From contig OZ244937.1 in the NCBI GenBank assembly GCA_965222075.1, positions 4,960,001 through 5,024,000 on the forward strand: a stretch of 64,000 nt of DNA. The letters are read 5' to 3'. The position numbers and the translations under genes were made by a program. Shown here piece by piece: positions 20,057 to 30,329 of the stretch (positions are counted from its first letter, which is position 1; each line of letters begins with the position of its first letter). A model generated the notes under the pieces. That model searched no databases and had not been told where the DNA came from. It saw only the letters and a program-made list of their open reading frames with translations. The DNA is from Candidatus Latescibacterota bacterium (GTDB lineage Bacteria > Latescibacterota > UBA2968 > GCA-2709665).

Positions 20057-21025
20057 TCATCCTTTCTGGACGAGGTAGCCCAGCCTTTTGTCCACGGTGT
20101 TCAGAAGCGGTTCGCCCGCGATATAGCGGCGGAGGTTTTCGCAAAAGATTTGCTGGATGTTCAAACGCCCCTCGGGAGAGTAGCCCGCCAGGTGGGGGGT
20201 GATGAGGACGTTGGGCATGTCCCAGAGGGGGCTGGATTTGGGGAGGGGTTCCTCTTCGAAGACGTCGAGGCCGGCACCGGCGATTTTTCCGGCTTGAAGG
20301 GCACCGATGAGGTCGGCTTCGTTGACGATGGGGCCCCGGGCGATGTTGACCAAGAAGGCGGTCTCTTTCATCCGGTCGAAGCAGGCGGCGTTCACGATCC
20401 CCCGCGTGCGGTTGGTGAGGGAGAAGGCGACCACGACGATGTCGGCTTCTGCAAGGGCGTGGAGCATGCCGTCTGCTGTTACAACACGCGCAACCCCTTC
20501 CGGCGGGGTTGTGACCTGGGCGTCTACGGCGATGACCTGCACGCCGAGGGCGCTGAGGCGGGAGGCGATGTTTCGTCCGATGGTACCCAGGCCGAGCACG
20601 CAGGCGATTTTTCCTTCGATCTGAGAGATCGGGGACTGGAAAAGATCCCACTTCCGTTCGCTACGGGTGCGCTCGTGGGCGGCGATGCCCCGGGTAAATC
20701 CGAGAATGAGGGCCAGGGCGTGTTCGGCCATGGCCGCGTCGAAGGCGCCGGCGGTATTGGTGATGATAACGTCGCTTTCAATCATTTCGGAGTAGAGCAT
20801 GGTTTCGAATCCGACGCCGATGCTCTGTACCCAGCGGAGCTTCCGGGCTTTCAAGAAGGGCTCCCTGGGCAGGCGGCCGTAAACGATTTCCGCGTCTACG
20901 ATTTCCCGTAAGAGGTCTTCGGGGGTGTGCGCGGCAACGGCTTCCACACGGGGGGATACGGCCTGGAGCTGGTCGAGCCATTCGGTCCAGGGGCCGGACA
21001 TGACGACGAGCTTGCGTTTGTCCAT
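20057..21025 (-). CDS. D-2-hydroxyacid dehydrogenase
   Basis: GLGTIG, VNIARG, LDVFEEEPL, TPHLAG. Confidence 0.92.
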   Translation of the reverse strand: MDKRKLVVMSGPWTEWLDQLQAVSPRVEAVAAHTPEDLLREIVDAEIVYGRLPREPFLKARKLRWVQSIGVGFETMLYSEMIESDVIITNTAGAFDAAMAEHALALILGFTRGIAAHERTRSERKWDLFQSPISQIEGKIACVLGLGTIGRNIASRLSALGVQVIAVDAQVTTPPEGVARVVTADGMLHALAEADIVVVAFSLTNRTRGIVNAACFDRMKETAFLVNIARGPIVNEADLIGALQAGKIAGAGLDVFEEEPLPKSSPLWDMPNVLITPHLAGYSPEGRLNIQQIFCENLRRYIAGEPLLNTVDKRLGYLVQKG

Positions 21026-21073
21026 AGGGGTCTGCTTCTCCTTTCCCAATAGATCAGGCGGATATGTGCGTTC

Positions 21074-21829
21074 TCAGGGTTTTTTAAAGATCAGATTCTG
21101 CACGATGCCGGGCGTGTAATCGACCACATCGGCGTTGTGAAATACGAATCCTTTGTTGAGAAAGATATCCTTGATTTGAGACGCGATGTTTTTGTGCATA
21201 AAGACTTCGATAAGAACGCTTTTTAACCGGGGGTCGGAAAGGGTCTGGTCGGCGCCGGTGACGATCCGGTCTTCGATGCCGTCCACGTCGACCTTGATGT
21301 GGGTGGGAAAGGGCGCGGAGAGCCGGCCGGTGAGGTCGTCTAAGGAAACGGCCAGGATGCCCTGTTGATTTTGCGGGGGGAACGGTTTTTCGCCCTGAGT
21401 GATGGGGCGGCCCAGGGCGTGCAGGGCTGCGCCGGGGGCGAAGGTTTTGACGTAGAATTGGTGGAAAACCATGCGGTCCGTTATGGCCAGGCAATAGGGG
21501 ATGACGGTTCCGACCAGGTCGTTGAGGACGATGTTTTTGTTGAGTTTGGCAAAGTTCAGGGCTTCGGGCTCAAAGGCGAGTACCGTGACCTGTTTTTTGA
21601 GTTTCAACGCCGCGTAGAGAGCGTACTGGCCGATGTTGGCGCCCACATCGTAGATGATATCGCCCGGCCGGAAGAAGGTGTCGATCCAGGCGAGGGTGTC
21701 CGGCTCTTTTTCGGTATAGGTGCTGGCCCGCCAGCGTTCGTGGTTTCGGACGCCTTCCTCTTCGGCTTCGGTGTCGAGATCGATCAGGATGGTTTCACCG
21801 CCGACCTCACAGGTCAGGATGGTGCTCAC
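21074..21829 (-). CDS. FkbM family methyltransferase
   Basis: YDVGANIG, AFEP, HIKVDVDGIE. Confidence 0.88.
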   Translation of the reverse strand: MSTILTCEVGGETILIDLDTEAEEEGVRNHERWRASTYTEKEPDTLAWIDTFFRPGDIIYDVGANIGQYALYAALKLKKQVTVLAFEPEALNFAKLNKNIVLNDLVGTVIPYCLAITDRMVFHQFYVKTFAPGAALHALGRPITQGEKPFPPQNQQGILAVSLDDLTGRLSAPFPTHIKVDVDGIEDRIVTGADQTLSDPRLKSVLIEVFMHKNIASQIKDIFLNKGFVFHNADVVDYTPGIVQNLIFKKP

Positions 21830-21936
21830 TTCTCAGCTCCTTTTGAAGGCTTGCGCTGTGCCGGGGATTCTTGTATTCTTACCGTCTGTGTGGCCAGTCA
21901 TGATAAGCAAATCATTCACAATTGCAAGGAGTAGCT

Positions 21937-22929
21937 ATGCCCGGACCTTACGATGTGTACGGAATTGGAAATGCGCTGGTGGATATCCAGTACCGGGTCA
22001 ATCCGGAATACTTAGATCGGATGCAGATTGAAAAGGGCGTGATGACGCTTGTGGAAGAGGAACGCCAGAAAGAGCTGATGGACAGCCTCCAGGACGTGCC
22101 TTCGGAGCGGGCGTCAGGCGGTTCGGCGGCCAATACGATGATCGGTCTGGCCAATTTTGGTGGCAGGGGCTATTATGCCTGCAAGGTGGGCAAGGATGAA
22201 TACGGGGATTTTTACCTGAAGGACCTGGAAGCGACTGGCGTGGCCTTCAACCCTTCCAACCGGGAGGCGGGGGTTACGGGCAAGTGTCTGGTTTTTATCA
22301 CTCCCGATGCGGACCGGACGATGAATACGTTTCTGGGGATTACAAGCACGTTCGGGCCGGGTCAGGTGGAAGAGGAGGTGGTCCGGCAAAGCGCGTATCT
22401 CTACATTGAGGGGTATCTGCTGTCGTCGGAGACCGGGTTTCAGGCGGCGCTGGCGGCGCAGTCGTATGCGCGGGCTCACGGGACGCAGGTGGCCATTACG
22501 CTGAGCGATCCGTTTATCGTCAATGTGTTCAAGGACCAGGTCCGGGAAATTCTGAGCGGGGGTGTGGACCTCCTGTTTTGTAACGAGGCAGAAGCCCAGG
22601 CCTATACGGAGACGTCGGATACGACCGATGCCTGTGACGCGCTTTCCGGTGTGGTGGAACGGTTTGCGGTGACCTGCGGGCCCGACGGGGCGGTTGTTGG
22701 CGAGGGAGATCGGAGGCTGGAGGCGCCGGGGTTCCGCGTGGAAGCGGTGGATACGAACGGGGCCGGGGATAGCTTTGCGGGCGCGTTCCTGTTCGGGGTG
22801 ACCAGCGGGTACGATGCGGCGCAGGCTGCCAAATTGGCGACCTACATGTCGTCCCGGGTTGTGGCCAAGTACGGGCCCCGGCTCGATGGGTCTTTGAAGG
22901 GGGAGGTGAATCGGATTCTGGCGCTTTGA
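21937..22929 (+). CDS. PfkB family (adenosine-kinase-like) kinase
   Basis: GIGNALVD, GGSAANT, DTNGAGDSFAG. Confidence 0.92.
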   Translation: MPGPYDVYGIGNALVDIQYRVNPEYLDRMQIEKGVMTLVEEERQKELMDSLQDVPSERASGGSAANTMIGLANFGGRGYYACKVGKDEYGDFYLKDLEATGVAFNPSNREAGVTGKCLVFITPDADRTMNTFLGITSTFGPGQVEEEVVRQSAYLYIEGYLLSSETGFQAALAAQSYARAHGTQVAITLSDPFIVNVFKDQVREILSGGVDLLFCNEAEAQAYTETSDTTDACDALSGVVERFAVTCGPDGAVVGEGDRRLEAPGFRVEAVDTNGAGDSFAGAFLFGVTSGYDAAQAAKLATYMSSRVVAKYGPRLDGSLKGEVNRILAL

Positions 22930-22959
22930 ACAATGTGGCTGGTGGGGACTTCCTTTGCC

Positions 22960-24222
22960 TCATGGGGCATCGGTTTGTGTTTTTCTTTTGCGCAGGCCGG
23001 AGAACGCGGCCGTTACGCCCAGGACGGTGAGGGCCGCGATTGTGCATGTGAGGCCCACGGCGGTGGGAGCGCCGAAGGCGGAGGCCAGGACGCCGGTCTG
23101 CAGTCTGCCCATCGGGCCTCCTCCGATGGCCAGGACGAGCGTGCCCATGGCCCGGTCGCGCATGTCGTCGCTGGATGAAGTGAGCACGATGGTGCTTTGC
23201 ATGACGGAGAAACAGGCGTGGCCCATTCCTGCGAGGATAAGCAGGGCCACCGACAGGGGATAGGAGGTGGAGGCTGCAAAGGCGACCACCGCGATCGACA
23301 GGAAGAGGGAGCCGCCCGCATAGATCCGGCCGGGGCTGAGGAAGCGCCGAAGTCCATTGACGACCAGCAGCCCGACGAAGGCCCCGATGCCGCCAGCGGC
23401 GTCGAGCAGGCCCAGGCCGACCGGGCCCTGGCCCAGGATATCGCGGGCGAAGACGGGCAGCAGGGTCTGGTAGGGGAAGACCAGGATGTTTATTGTGACG
23501 GTGACCAGCAGGACGCCCGGGATGGTCGGGTGCCCGCGGACGTAGCGCAGGCCTTCGACCATGGTGGTCCAGGGGGTGGCTTTTTTCGATCGTCCCGAAG
23601 GCTGCGCCGGCTGCCGGGAGAGCCCGAGCAGGATCAGGAGCGCCAGGGCGGAGAGGCCCGCCAGTACGGCGAAGCATCCTGTTACTCCCAGGAGCTCAAT
23701 GAAAATACCGGCTCCGAAAGGGCCGATGACCCGGCCGATGTTCTGGAAGAAGCCCTCTAAGAGCATCCCGTCCATGGTCCGCTCCCTGCCGATCAGATCG
23801 GGCAGAAGGGCGCGGCGCGCCGGCCAGTCCACCCCCCACGCGGTGCCCAGGAGGACGGCGGAGAGCGCCAGGTGCCAGAAGGCGAGACGGCCGGTCCAGA
23901 GCAGGAGGAAGATGGCAATCGTGACGGCCAGGACCGCCCCTTGCGAACAGAGGATGACACTGCGGCGCCCGAGTCGGTCCGCAACCTGTCCGGAGAAAAA
24001 GCCGAGGACCAAAAGGGGAGCCGAGCGGTAGAAGCCGACGAGGGCGACCAGCCAGGCCGAGTTCGTGATTTCCAGAACGAGCCAGCCGGTGGCGATCATT
24101 TCCATAAATCGCGACTGCCACCAGAGGGCGTTGCCCAGCAGCAGCCGGCGGCAGTCGGGTACGCTTAAGGGCGCAAGGACGCCGCTGAAGATGGATCGAT
24201 TGTCCGCTTTCACCTCCCCCAC
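22960..24222 (-). CDS. MFS transporter
   Basis: About 12 hydrophobic segments; GQVADRLGRR motif. Confidence 0.88.
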   Translation of the reverse strand: MGEVKADNRSIFSGVLAPLSVPDCRRLLLGNALWWQSRFMEMIATGWLVLEITNSAWLVALVGFYRSAPLLVLGFFSGQVADRLGRRSVILCSQGAVLAVTIAIFLLLWTGRLAFWHLALSAVLLGTAWGVDWPARRALLPDLIGRERTMDGMLLEGFFQNIGRVIGPFGAGIFIELLGVTGCFAVLAGLSALALLILLGLSRQPAQPSGRSKKATPWTTMVEGLRYVRGHPTIPGVLLVTVTINILVFPYQTLLPVFARDILGQGPVGLGLLDAAGGIGAFVGLLVVNGLRRFLSPGRIYAGGSLFLSIAVVAFAASTSYPLSVALLILAGMGHACFSVMQSTIVLTSSSDDMRDRAMGTLVLAIGGGPMGRLQTGVLASAFGAPTAVGLTCTIAALTVLGVTAAFSGLRKRKTQTDAP

Positions 24223-24243
24223 CTTTTACCGCCGCAGAGCGTG

Positions 24244-24588
24244 TTAAGGCCCTTCGTCGGGCGGGTGTCTCAGGTTCCGGTCCGGAAAATCGCGGTAGGG
24301 ATGTTCGGCCAGGGTATCTTCATTCAGAGAGTAGAGGTCCATCGCCCCCCGTTTGCTTGCGAAGTCGGTGTAGGCGGTGAAGGTGAAGTGCTTGATGTTG
24401 AAGGGGCTGCGCCCTACCAGGTAGCGGCCGAGCTGCCGGATGTGGACCTCGATGGCCCGGTCGCGGTCGTGCTGCGTGTAAGCCTCCCCCCAGCCGTGGA
24501 GCCCGGCATCGGTTTCAATTTTGACAAAGAGCAGGTTCTTGGCAGTTTCGGGGTGGACGAGGAAGGTTTTGACGCAGGTGATTTTCAT
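24244..24588 (-). pseudogene. Mandelate racemase/galactonate dehydratase-family gene with in-frame internal deletion (114 aa)
   Basis: Enolase N-domain (FVKIETDAGLHGWGEA) joined at ~24327 to a C-terminal tail (LNEDTLAEHPY...); catalytic barrel missing. Confidence 0.75.
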
Positions 24589-24743
24589 AGGGGATCTTCC
24601 TTTCCACAGGGTATGATTGTTCGCGGTGGTGGTTTGACCCGGGAGGTCAAACCCCGCCTGCCTCGCCTGCTTCAGCAGGCAGGCCATCCACTCTGCGGGT
24701 GGTCGTTGACTGAATTATTGTGTCACAAGTATAGGTCTTCAGG

Positions 24744-25505
24744 TCAAATCATGAGATCCCCGCCGTTAATATCCAGCGAGGCGCCCGTGATGTAGGCGGC
24801 GCGGTCGGTGGTGAGGAAGGCGACCAGGTCGGCGACCTCCTCGGGGCGTCCCAGGCGGGAAACGGGGAAGCTTTCGACATAGGCCCGGGTGCGGTCCTCG
24901 TCGATGGTGGACCGGACCATCTCGGTGTCGATGAGGCCGGGGCAGACGGCGTTGACGGTGATGCCATAGCGGGCGACTTCCCTGGCTAAGTGGCGGGTGA
25001 AGCCCAGGACGCCGGCCTTGGCGGCGGTGTAGTGGGCACCGCCGACGGTGCTGATGTTTTTCCCTGCGGTGGAGGAGAAGTTGACGATTCGGCCCCATCC
25101 AGCGGCCTGCATAGCGGGCAGCACGGCCTGCGAGCAGAGGAATGTGCCTTTGAGGTTGACGTCGATCACGCGCTCCCATTCCTCTTCGGAAATGTCGACG
25201 ACTTTCGTAGGGTAGAGGACGCCGGCATTGTTGACGAGGATGTGAACGCCTTCAAACGCATGGGCGGCCCAGTCGACCATGGCCTGCACGGCGGGGGCGT
25301 CCGTGACGTCGGCCCCAAAGGCGATCGATTCTGCGCCGGAGGACCGGAGTTCCCCGGCCGTACATTCGGCAGTCGATTCGTTCAGGTCGTTGACGACCAC
25401 GCGCGCGTCCATGTCCGCCAGGATGCGGGCTACGGCGCGGCCTATGCCCTGTCCGGCGCCGGTGACGATGGCGGTGCGGCCTTTGAGGGTTTCCAGTTCG
25501 AACAT
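24744..25505 (-). CDS. SDR family oxidoreductase (FabG-like)
   Basis: TGAGQGIG, NNAG, YTAAK. Confidence 0.92.
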   Translation of the reverse strand: MFELETLKGRTAIVTGAGQGIGRAVARILADMDARVVVNDLNESTAECTAGELRSSGAESIAFGADVTDAPAVQAMVDWAAHAFEGVHILVNNAGVLYPTKVVDISEEEWERVIDVNLKGTFLCSQAVLPAMQAAGWGRIVNFSSTAGKNISTVGGAHYTAAKAGVLGFTRHLAREVARYGITVNAVCPGLIDTEMVRSTIDEDRTRAYVESFPVSRLGRPEEVADLVAFLTTDRAAYITGASLDINGGDLMI

Positions 25506-25523
25506 TGGGGTTCCTTTCGATGG

Positions 25524-25548
25524 GGGGCGACCGGCTGGTCGCCCCTAC
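25524..25548 (-). repeat. GTAG-type REP palindrome overlapping the kbl stop codon
   Basis: Minus strand GTAGgggcgaccagccggtcgcccc; the TAG is the kbl stop. Confidence 0.6.
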
Positions 25549-26738
25549 GGTGAGATGACGCCCAGGTCCTTGCCGACTTCCGCGAAGGTCCGGATGGCCC
25601 GGTCGAGCTGCTCGCGGGTGTGGGCGGCCGAGAGCTGGACACGGATGCGGGCCTCCCCTCTGGGGACGACGGGGTAGCTGAATCCGACGGCGAAGATGCC
25701 CCGGGCGTTGATGATTGCCGCCATGTCTACGGTGCGGCGTTCGTCGCCGAGCAGGATGGGGACGATGGGGTGGATGCCGGGGACGATCGGGAAGCCTCGG
25801 GCGGCCATCTCATCCCGGAAGTAGCGGGTGTTTTCAAAAAGGACCTCGCGCAGGTCCGGGTTGTGCTCGACCAGGTCGATGGCTTTAATGGAAGCAGTGA
25901 CGATGGGGGGCGCTAAGGTGTTGGAGAAGAGGTAGGGCCGGGAGCGTTGCCGGAGGTAGTCGATGATTTCCCGCCGGGACGAGGTGAAGCCGCCCGAGGC
26001 GCCGCCCAGGGCCTTTCCCAGGGTGCTGGTGGTGATGTCGATCCGGTCGGCGACACCGAAGTGCTCGGGAGTGCCCCGGCCGGTGGGGCCCAGGAAACCG
26101 GTGGCGTGGGAGTCGTCGACCATGACGAGGGCGTCGTAGCGGTCGGCCAATTCGCAGATGGCGTCTAAGGGCGCTAAGTCGCCGTGCATGGAAAAGACGC
26201 CGTCGGTGGCGATGAGCCGGAACCGGGACCCTTCGGCCGCTTTCAGTTTGGCTTCGAGGTCGGCCATGTCGGCGTGCTGGTAGACGTTCCGCTGCGCCTT
26301 GCAGAGCCGGATGCCGTCGATGATGCTGGCGTGGTTGAGGGCATCGCTGAAGAGGGCGTCTTCGGGACCTAAGAGGGTTTCGAAGAGGCCGGCGTTGGCG
26401 TCGAAGCAGGAGGTGTAGAGGATGGTGTCGTCGGTGCCCAGGAAGGCGGAGATGCGGCGTTCTAAGGCCTTGTGGAGGTCCTGCGTGCCGCAGATGAAGC
26501 GGACGGAGGCCATGCCGTAGCCGTGCGTGCGAAGGCCTTCGGCGGCGGCCTGGACGACCTGGGGATGGCCGGCGAGCCCGAGGTAGTTGTTGGCGCAGAA
26601 GTTGATGGTTTCCCCTTCGGTCGTGCCGACCTGCGCGCCCTGCGGCGTGGTGATCTGCTTTTCGGCCTTGTAGAGGCCGCTTTCCCGGATTGATTTCAGT
26701 TCGTCCTGGAGCCAGGTTTTGATCTGGGTGTAGGCCAT
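25545..26738 (-). CDS. kbl: Glycine C-acetyltransferase (2-amino-3-ketobutyrate CoA ligase)
   Basis: [51 protein letters not shown]. Confidence 0.95.
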   Translation of the reverse strand: MAYTQIKTWLQDELKSIRESGLYKAEKQITTPQGAQVGTTEGETINFCANNYLGLAGHPQVVQAAAEGLRTHGYGMASVRFICGTQDLHKALERRISAFLGTDDTILYTSCFDANAGLFETLLGPEDALFSDALNHASIIDGIRLCKAQRNVYQHADMADLEAKLKAAEGSRFRLIATDGVFSMHGDLAPLDAICELADRYDALVMVDDSHATGFLGPTGRGTPEHFGVADRIDITTSTLGKALGGASGGFTSSRREIIDYLRQRSRPYLFSNTLAPPIVTASIKAIDLVEHNPDLREVLFENTRYFRDEMAARGFPIVPGIHPIVPILLGDERRTVDMAAIINARGIFAVGFSYPVVPRGEARIRVQLSAAHTREQLDRAIRTFAEVGKDLGVISP

Positions 26739-26899
26739 GGCGGTTGCCTCCGGTTGCATGCGAATCAGGGGATCTGTAGCCTTCAAAATAGAGGAAGCGG
26801 AGCAGAAAAGCAAGCCGGATGTTCCGGAGGCTTTCGGCTTGACATCGGATGGGGCGATAACGATATTGCAGTCTTAAGTTGGAGAGTCGCCTGCCTTCT

Positions 26900-26923
26900 A
26901 CAGACACAGCATGCTGTGTCTGT
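26900..26923. repeat. Perfect 24-bp palindrome upstream of queF
   Basis: acagacacagcatgctgtgtctgt equals its own reverse complement. Confidence 0.85.
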
Positions 26924-26957
26924 GAGGTCCGACAATACCCCACAGGAAGGAGAAGGG

Positions 26958-27344
26958 ATGCCGATGCAGCCGAGCAAAGAACTGGAGACCTTTGAGAATC
27001 CCTATCCGGACCGGAGGTATACGGTCGAGTTTACCTGTGCGGAGTTTACGTCGATCTGTCCGAAAACGGGGCAGCCCGACTTCGGGACGATTGTGATCCG
27101 GTACGTGCCGGGATCCAAGTGCATCGAGTTGAAGTCACTCAAGCTCTATTTCTGGTCCTACCGGAATGAGGGGATTTTTTACGAGGCGGTGACGAACAAG
27201 ATTCTGGACGATCTGGTGGCGGCGTGCGATCCGGTTGAGATGACGGTGATCGGGCGGTTCAACGTGCGGGGGGGAATCGACCATGAGATTACGGCAACCT
27301 ATCCGCAAGTTTTTGCGAGAAGGAGATCGGGATGGAATTGTTGA
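26958..27344 (+). CDS. queF: preQ1 synthase (7-cyano-7-deazaguanine reductase)
   Basis: [27 protein letters not shown]. Confidence 0.93.
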   Translation: MPMQPSKELETFENPYPDRRYTVEFTCAEFTSICPKTGQPDFGTIVIRYVPGSKCIELKSLKLYFWSYRNEGIFYEAVTNKILDDLVAACDPVEMTVIGRFNVRGGIDHEITATYPQVFARRRSGWNC

Positions 27345-27931
27345 AGGAACTGTGTGAGTGTTCGGGAATTCCGGGGCAGGAAGCGCGGCTCCGGGAGATT
27401 GTGAGGCGGGAGATGGACCCCGTGGCTGATGAGGTGCGCGTGGATGCGCTGGGGAACTTGATCGTGTTGAAACGCGCGACGAAGAGGCGGTCTCCGAAGA
27501 AGCTGATGGTTGCCGCGCATATGGATGAGATCGGGTTTGTGGTCTCGAATATCGACGAGCGGGGGCTGCTGCGGCTGGTGCCGCTGGGCGGCCACGATCC
27601 GCGCAATATGGTGGCGCAACGGGTGACGGTTTGCGGAACCAGACGGGATCTGACGGGGTTGCTCTATCCTGGGATCAAGCCGCCGCACATCCAGACGGAT
27701 GCAGACCGGGGGAAGTCGCTTCAGGTGAGCGATTTTGTTGTGGACCTCTACATGCCGGCCTCGCGGGTGAAGCGGGAGGTGGAGGTGGGGGCGATGGTGA
27801 CGCTTTCGGTGCCGACCCGGTACGTGCATACGTCGATTGAACTGGCGGACAGGGGAGATATCGAGGCAGCGGTGAATCTGCTGACGGCGTTTATTGAAGA
27901 GGGGCAAAAGGCCGATCTGACGATAGTGTAA
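27332..27931 (+). pseudogene. M42 metallopeptidase with in-frame internal deletion (199 aa)
   Basis: AHMDEIG and N-half intact, then GAMVTL joined directly to SVPTRYVHT; the central DDR/QEEVG/GGTD region is absent. Confidence 0.8.
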
Positions 27932-28066
27932 AAGCAGTGAAACGTGAAAAAAAGCCTGATGCGTTTGCCGTTTTGAAGAGGGGTGGGCGGTGGTGTGGTC
28001 GCAAGAACATAAAAAAACCGTGGATGCTTCAAATTCTGGAATGGCCATCGAGGTTTCCTCGATCTG

Positions 28067-29089
28067 TCAGGAAGTTGTGACAAAGCAGAAGGATTCGACG
28101 CTGAAGTCGGCCGCATGGGAAGGTCCGACGACCGACTGCCAGTGCCATTCGCCGGGTTCGGCCCACCACAGTCTGCCCTGCGAACCGTTGGCCCAGATCG
28201 ATCCATCCGGGGCGGCCTGGAACAGTTCAACCATGTCCGATGCAGGTTCCTCAATCCCGCCTCCGGCCGGTTCCCAGGTCTCCCCGTTGTCGGAGGAGAC
28301 CACGATCCGCCCCAGTTGACCCACCTTCTGCGCAGGGCCTGCCAGTACCATGTCCGGCCGATTTGGGGGCACGATGACGGCGCGGGTGTAGTCCCTTTTG
28401 ATCGGTTTGGTCCAGGTGCGCCCGCCGTCGTCGGACCGGGCCAGGCCGCCATAGCGCGGCCGGTTCACCTGGGGCCGGTGCTTGAGGCCCGCCCACCCCA
28501 GCGCCATCCAGAGCACGTCCGGGTTTTCAGGGTGGCCGGTGATGTGGTGGATGTCATCGTCGAAGGTGTCCGCCATCGTCCACGTCTGTCCGCCGTCGGG
28601 GCTGTCTAAGAGTCCGCCGACCTCGATTGAGGCGAGCAGGCGGCCGGAATCGCCCGGCGGGGAATAGAAGTTCCGCAGCGCCCCGGCGCGGGGGGAATAG
28701 GGCAGGTACCAGTTGGAAACCCCCGGAACCGCCGCGATGCCTTCCATCTCCCGCCAGGTCTGTCCGCCGTCGGCGCTGCGGTACCCGCGCCCCGGTTCGG
28801 TCCCGCAGATGATCGCGCCGTCCTGCGTGGGATCGGCTATGATTGTCCGTAGCGCTGTCGCTGTTAGCCCTTCGTTGGCGGATGCCCAGGTCTGTCCACC
28901 ATCGGCGCTGCGGAAGATGCCCTCTCCGTAGCTGCCGGCCAGAACTGTGTCCTTTTCCTGCACGGGATTATCCGCATCGTTGAAGGCGTAGATCGCCCAG
29001 AAGGTATGGTCTTCGAGGCCGAGGCAGATGGGGTTTCCGCCATCGAGCCGGTAGACGCCGGCTTGTGTGCCAAGGTAAGTTCGAAACAT
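28067..29089 (-). CDS. BNR/Asp-box beta-propeller (glycosyl-hydrolase-like) protein
   Basis: Repeated SxDGGxTW Asp-boxes. Confidence 0.8.
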   Translation of the reverse strand: MFRTYLGTQAGVYRLDGGNPICLGLEDHTFWAIYAFNDADNPVQEKDTVLAGSYGEGIFRSADGGQTWASANEGLTATALRTIIADPTQDGAIICGTEPGRGYRSADGGQTWREMEGIAAVPGVSNWYLPYSPRAGALRNFYSPPGDSGRLLASIEVGGLLDSPDGGQTWTMADTFDDDIHHITGHPENPDVLWMALGWAGLKHRPQVNRPRYGGLARSDDGGRTWTKPIKRDYTRAVIVPPNRPDMVLAGPAQKVGQLGRIVVSSDNGETWEPAGGGIEEPASDMVELFQAAPDGSIWANGSQGRLWWAEPGEWHWQSVVGPSHAADFSVESFCFVTTS

Positions 29090-29198
29090 AACTGGGTCAC
29101 CTCCGGGTTTCAGGGTTTACTCTTGTGTTTCGATTATCCCAGGCCGGGAAAGATCGATTTGAGGGTACAGTACCGCAAAGACAATGCTAAAGAAGGGG

Positions 29199-30032
29199 TC
29201 AAAAATCTCTCTCTATCAGCGATTGGAGAAAGGCGGCCGAGCGGACGGCGGCCTCCTGGGGAGGGAGGTCTCCTCCAAAGGCCTGGTGGAGGGTGATGTA
29301 GCCGTTGTAGCCGATGGTTTTCAGGCCCTGGAAGACGCGAGCAAAGTCGATGCCGCCCGGTTCATCCAGAGGACGCTGGGTGGACATGACCTCGCCCAAG
29401 GCCCAGGTTTCCATCGGTTTTGATCCATCCGGGTCGGGGGCATGGTTCTGGAGGTAGACGTTGAAGAGGTAAGGCGCGAAGGCGCGGAGCGCGTCGGGGC
29501 CGTAATCTTCCCCGCAGAGGGCCAGGTTTGCGGGTTCGTAGATGAGCCCGAAATTGGGTCTTCCGATCTTCCGGAAGACGTTTAGGGAGCCTGAAACGGT
29601 TTCGAAGAGGCTGCGCGTGTGGCTCTGGTGGGCCAGCCTGATGCCCCGCTCCCGCGCTTCGTCTGCGGCCCTCTGCGCAAAGGGGATGTCCGCTTCTGTT
29701 TTGAGGCAGACCCGGATGAGATCACTTTTGAGCGTTTCGGCCAGGTCGAGATGGGGGGCGATGTTGCGGAGACACCCGGGGCCTTCGGAACCGTTTTCCG
29801 GGACGGCGAAGTCTCCCGTGACCATAGAGACTTCAAATCCGAAACCGTCTAAGGTCCGGCGCACCAGGAGAACGCGTTCTTTCGGGCTGTGCACGCCCAC
29901 CATCGAGGCGCGCATGCAAAGGGCGAGGTAGCCAGCGTCTCTGGCGATGCGGGCGAGGTCGGGCAGTTCGATGTCGATGACGCGCTTGTTACTGAAGCTT
30001 TCGGCGACGCGTACGGAAAGGGAGAGGTTCAT
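29199..30032 (-). CDS. Sugar phosphate isomerase/epimerase (xylose isomerase-like TIM barrel)
   Basis: RPNFGLIYEPANL, GYNGYITLHQ pattern; start MNLSLSVR. Confidence 0.75.
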   Translation of the reverse strand: MNLSLSVRVAESFSNKRVIDIELPDLARIARDAGYLALCMRASMVGVHSPKERVLLVRRTLDGFGFEVSMVTGDFAVPENGSEGPGCLRNIAPHLDLAETLKSDLIRVCLKTEADIPFAQRAADEARERGIRLAHQSHTRSLFETVSGSLNVFRKIGRPNFGLIYEPANLALCGEDYGPDALRAFAPYLFNVYLQNHAPDPDGSKPMETWALGEVMSTQRPLDEPGGIDFARVFQGLKTIGYNGYITLHQAFGGDLPPQEAAVRSAAFLQSLIERDF

Positions 30033-30179
30033 CAAGAGGCTCCGTGGAGAAAAAGGGAATGATGGGAAAGAGAATTGAAAAATGAAACGGGTTCTACACG
30101 AATTTATACAATTTATAGTTATTTGTTTCCTGTTGTCAACCGGAGAAAGGGGTGGGGCCGAGGGGGGGTGAAAATTCGG

Positions 30180-30208
30180 TTGACAAGGAGTGTTCTGGGA
30201 TTTATTAT
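30180..30208 (+). promoter_or_regulatory. sigma70-type promoter
   Basis: TTGACA (30180-85), 17-nt spacer, TATTAT (30203-08). Confidence 0.75.
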
Positions 30209-30213
30209 ACAGC

Positions 30214-30317
30214 GAAGAGCACTTGGGAGGGTCTCTCAACGGGGTGGACGCCCGAAGGCTTCATTTTGAGATCGGGAGGGAAGGGACGTGCGATGTGCAC
30301 GTCCCTTATTTTTTTTT
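30214..30317 (+). ncRNA. Candidate ~100-nt small RNA (hairpin reminiscent of the Acido-Lenti-1 motif)
   Basis: Lies between promoter and terminator; stem tctcaa...ttgaga enclosing cggggtggacgcccgaaggcttcatt; no convincing ORF. Confidence 0.5.
30281..30317 (+). terminator. Intrinsic terminator
   Basis: aagggacgtgc-gatgt-gcacgtccctt (11-bp stem) followed by a + T9. Confidence 0.85.
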
Positions 30318-30329
30318 AAGGGATTGTGA

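Noticed and set aside
26820-26957. Possible preQ1 riboswitch upstream of queF
   Set aside because: No recognisable preQ1 stem-loop with an A-rich tail.
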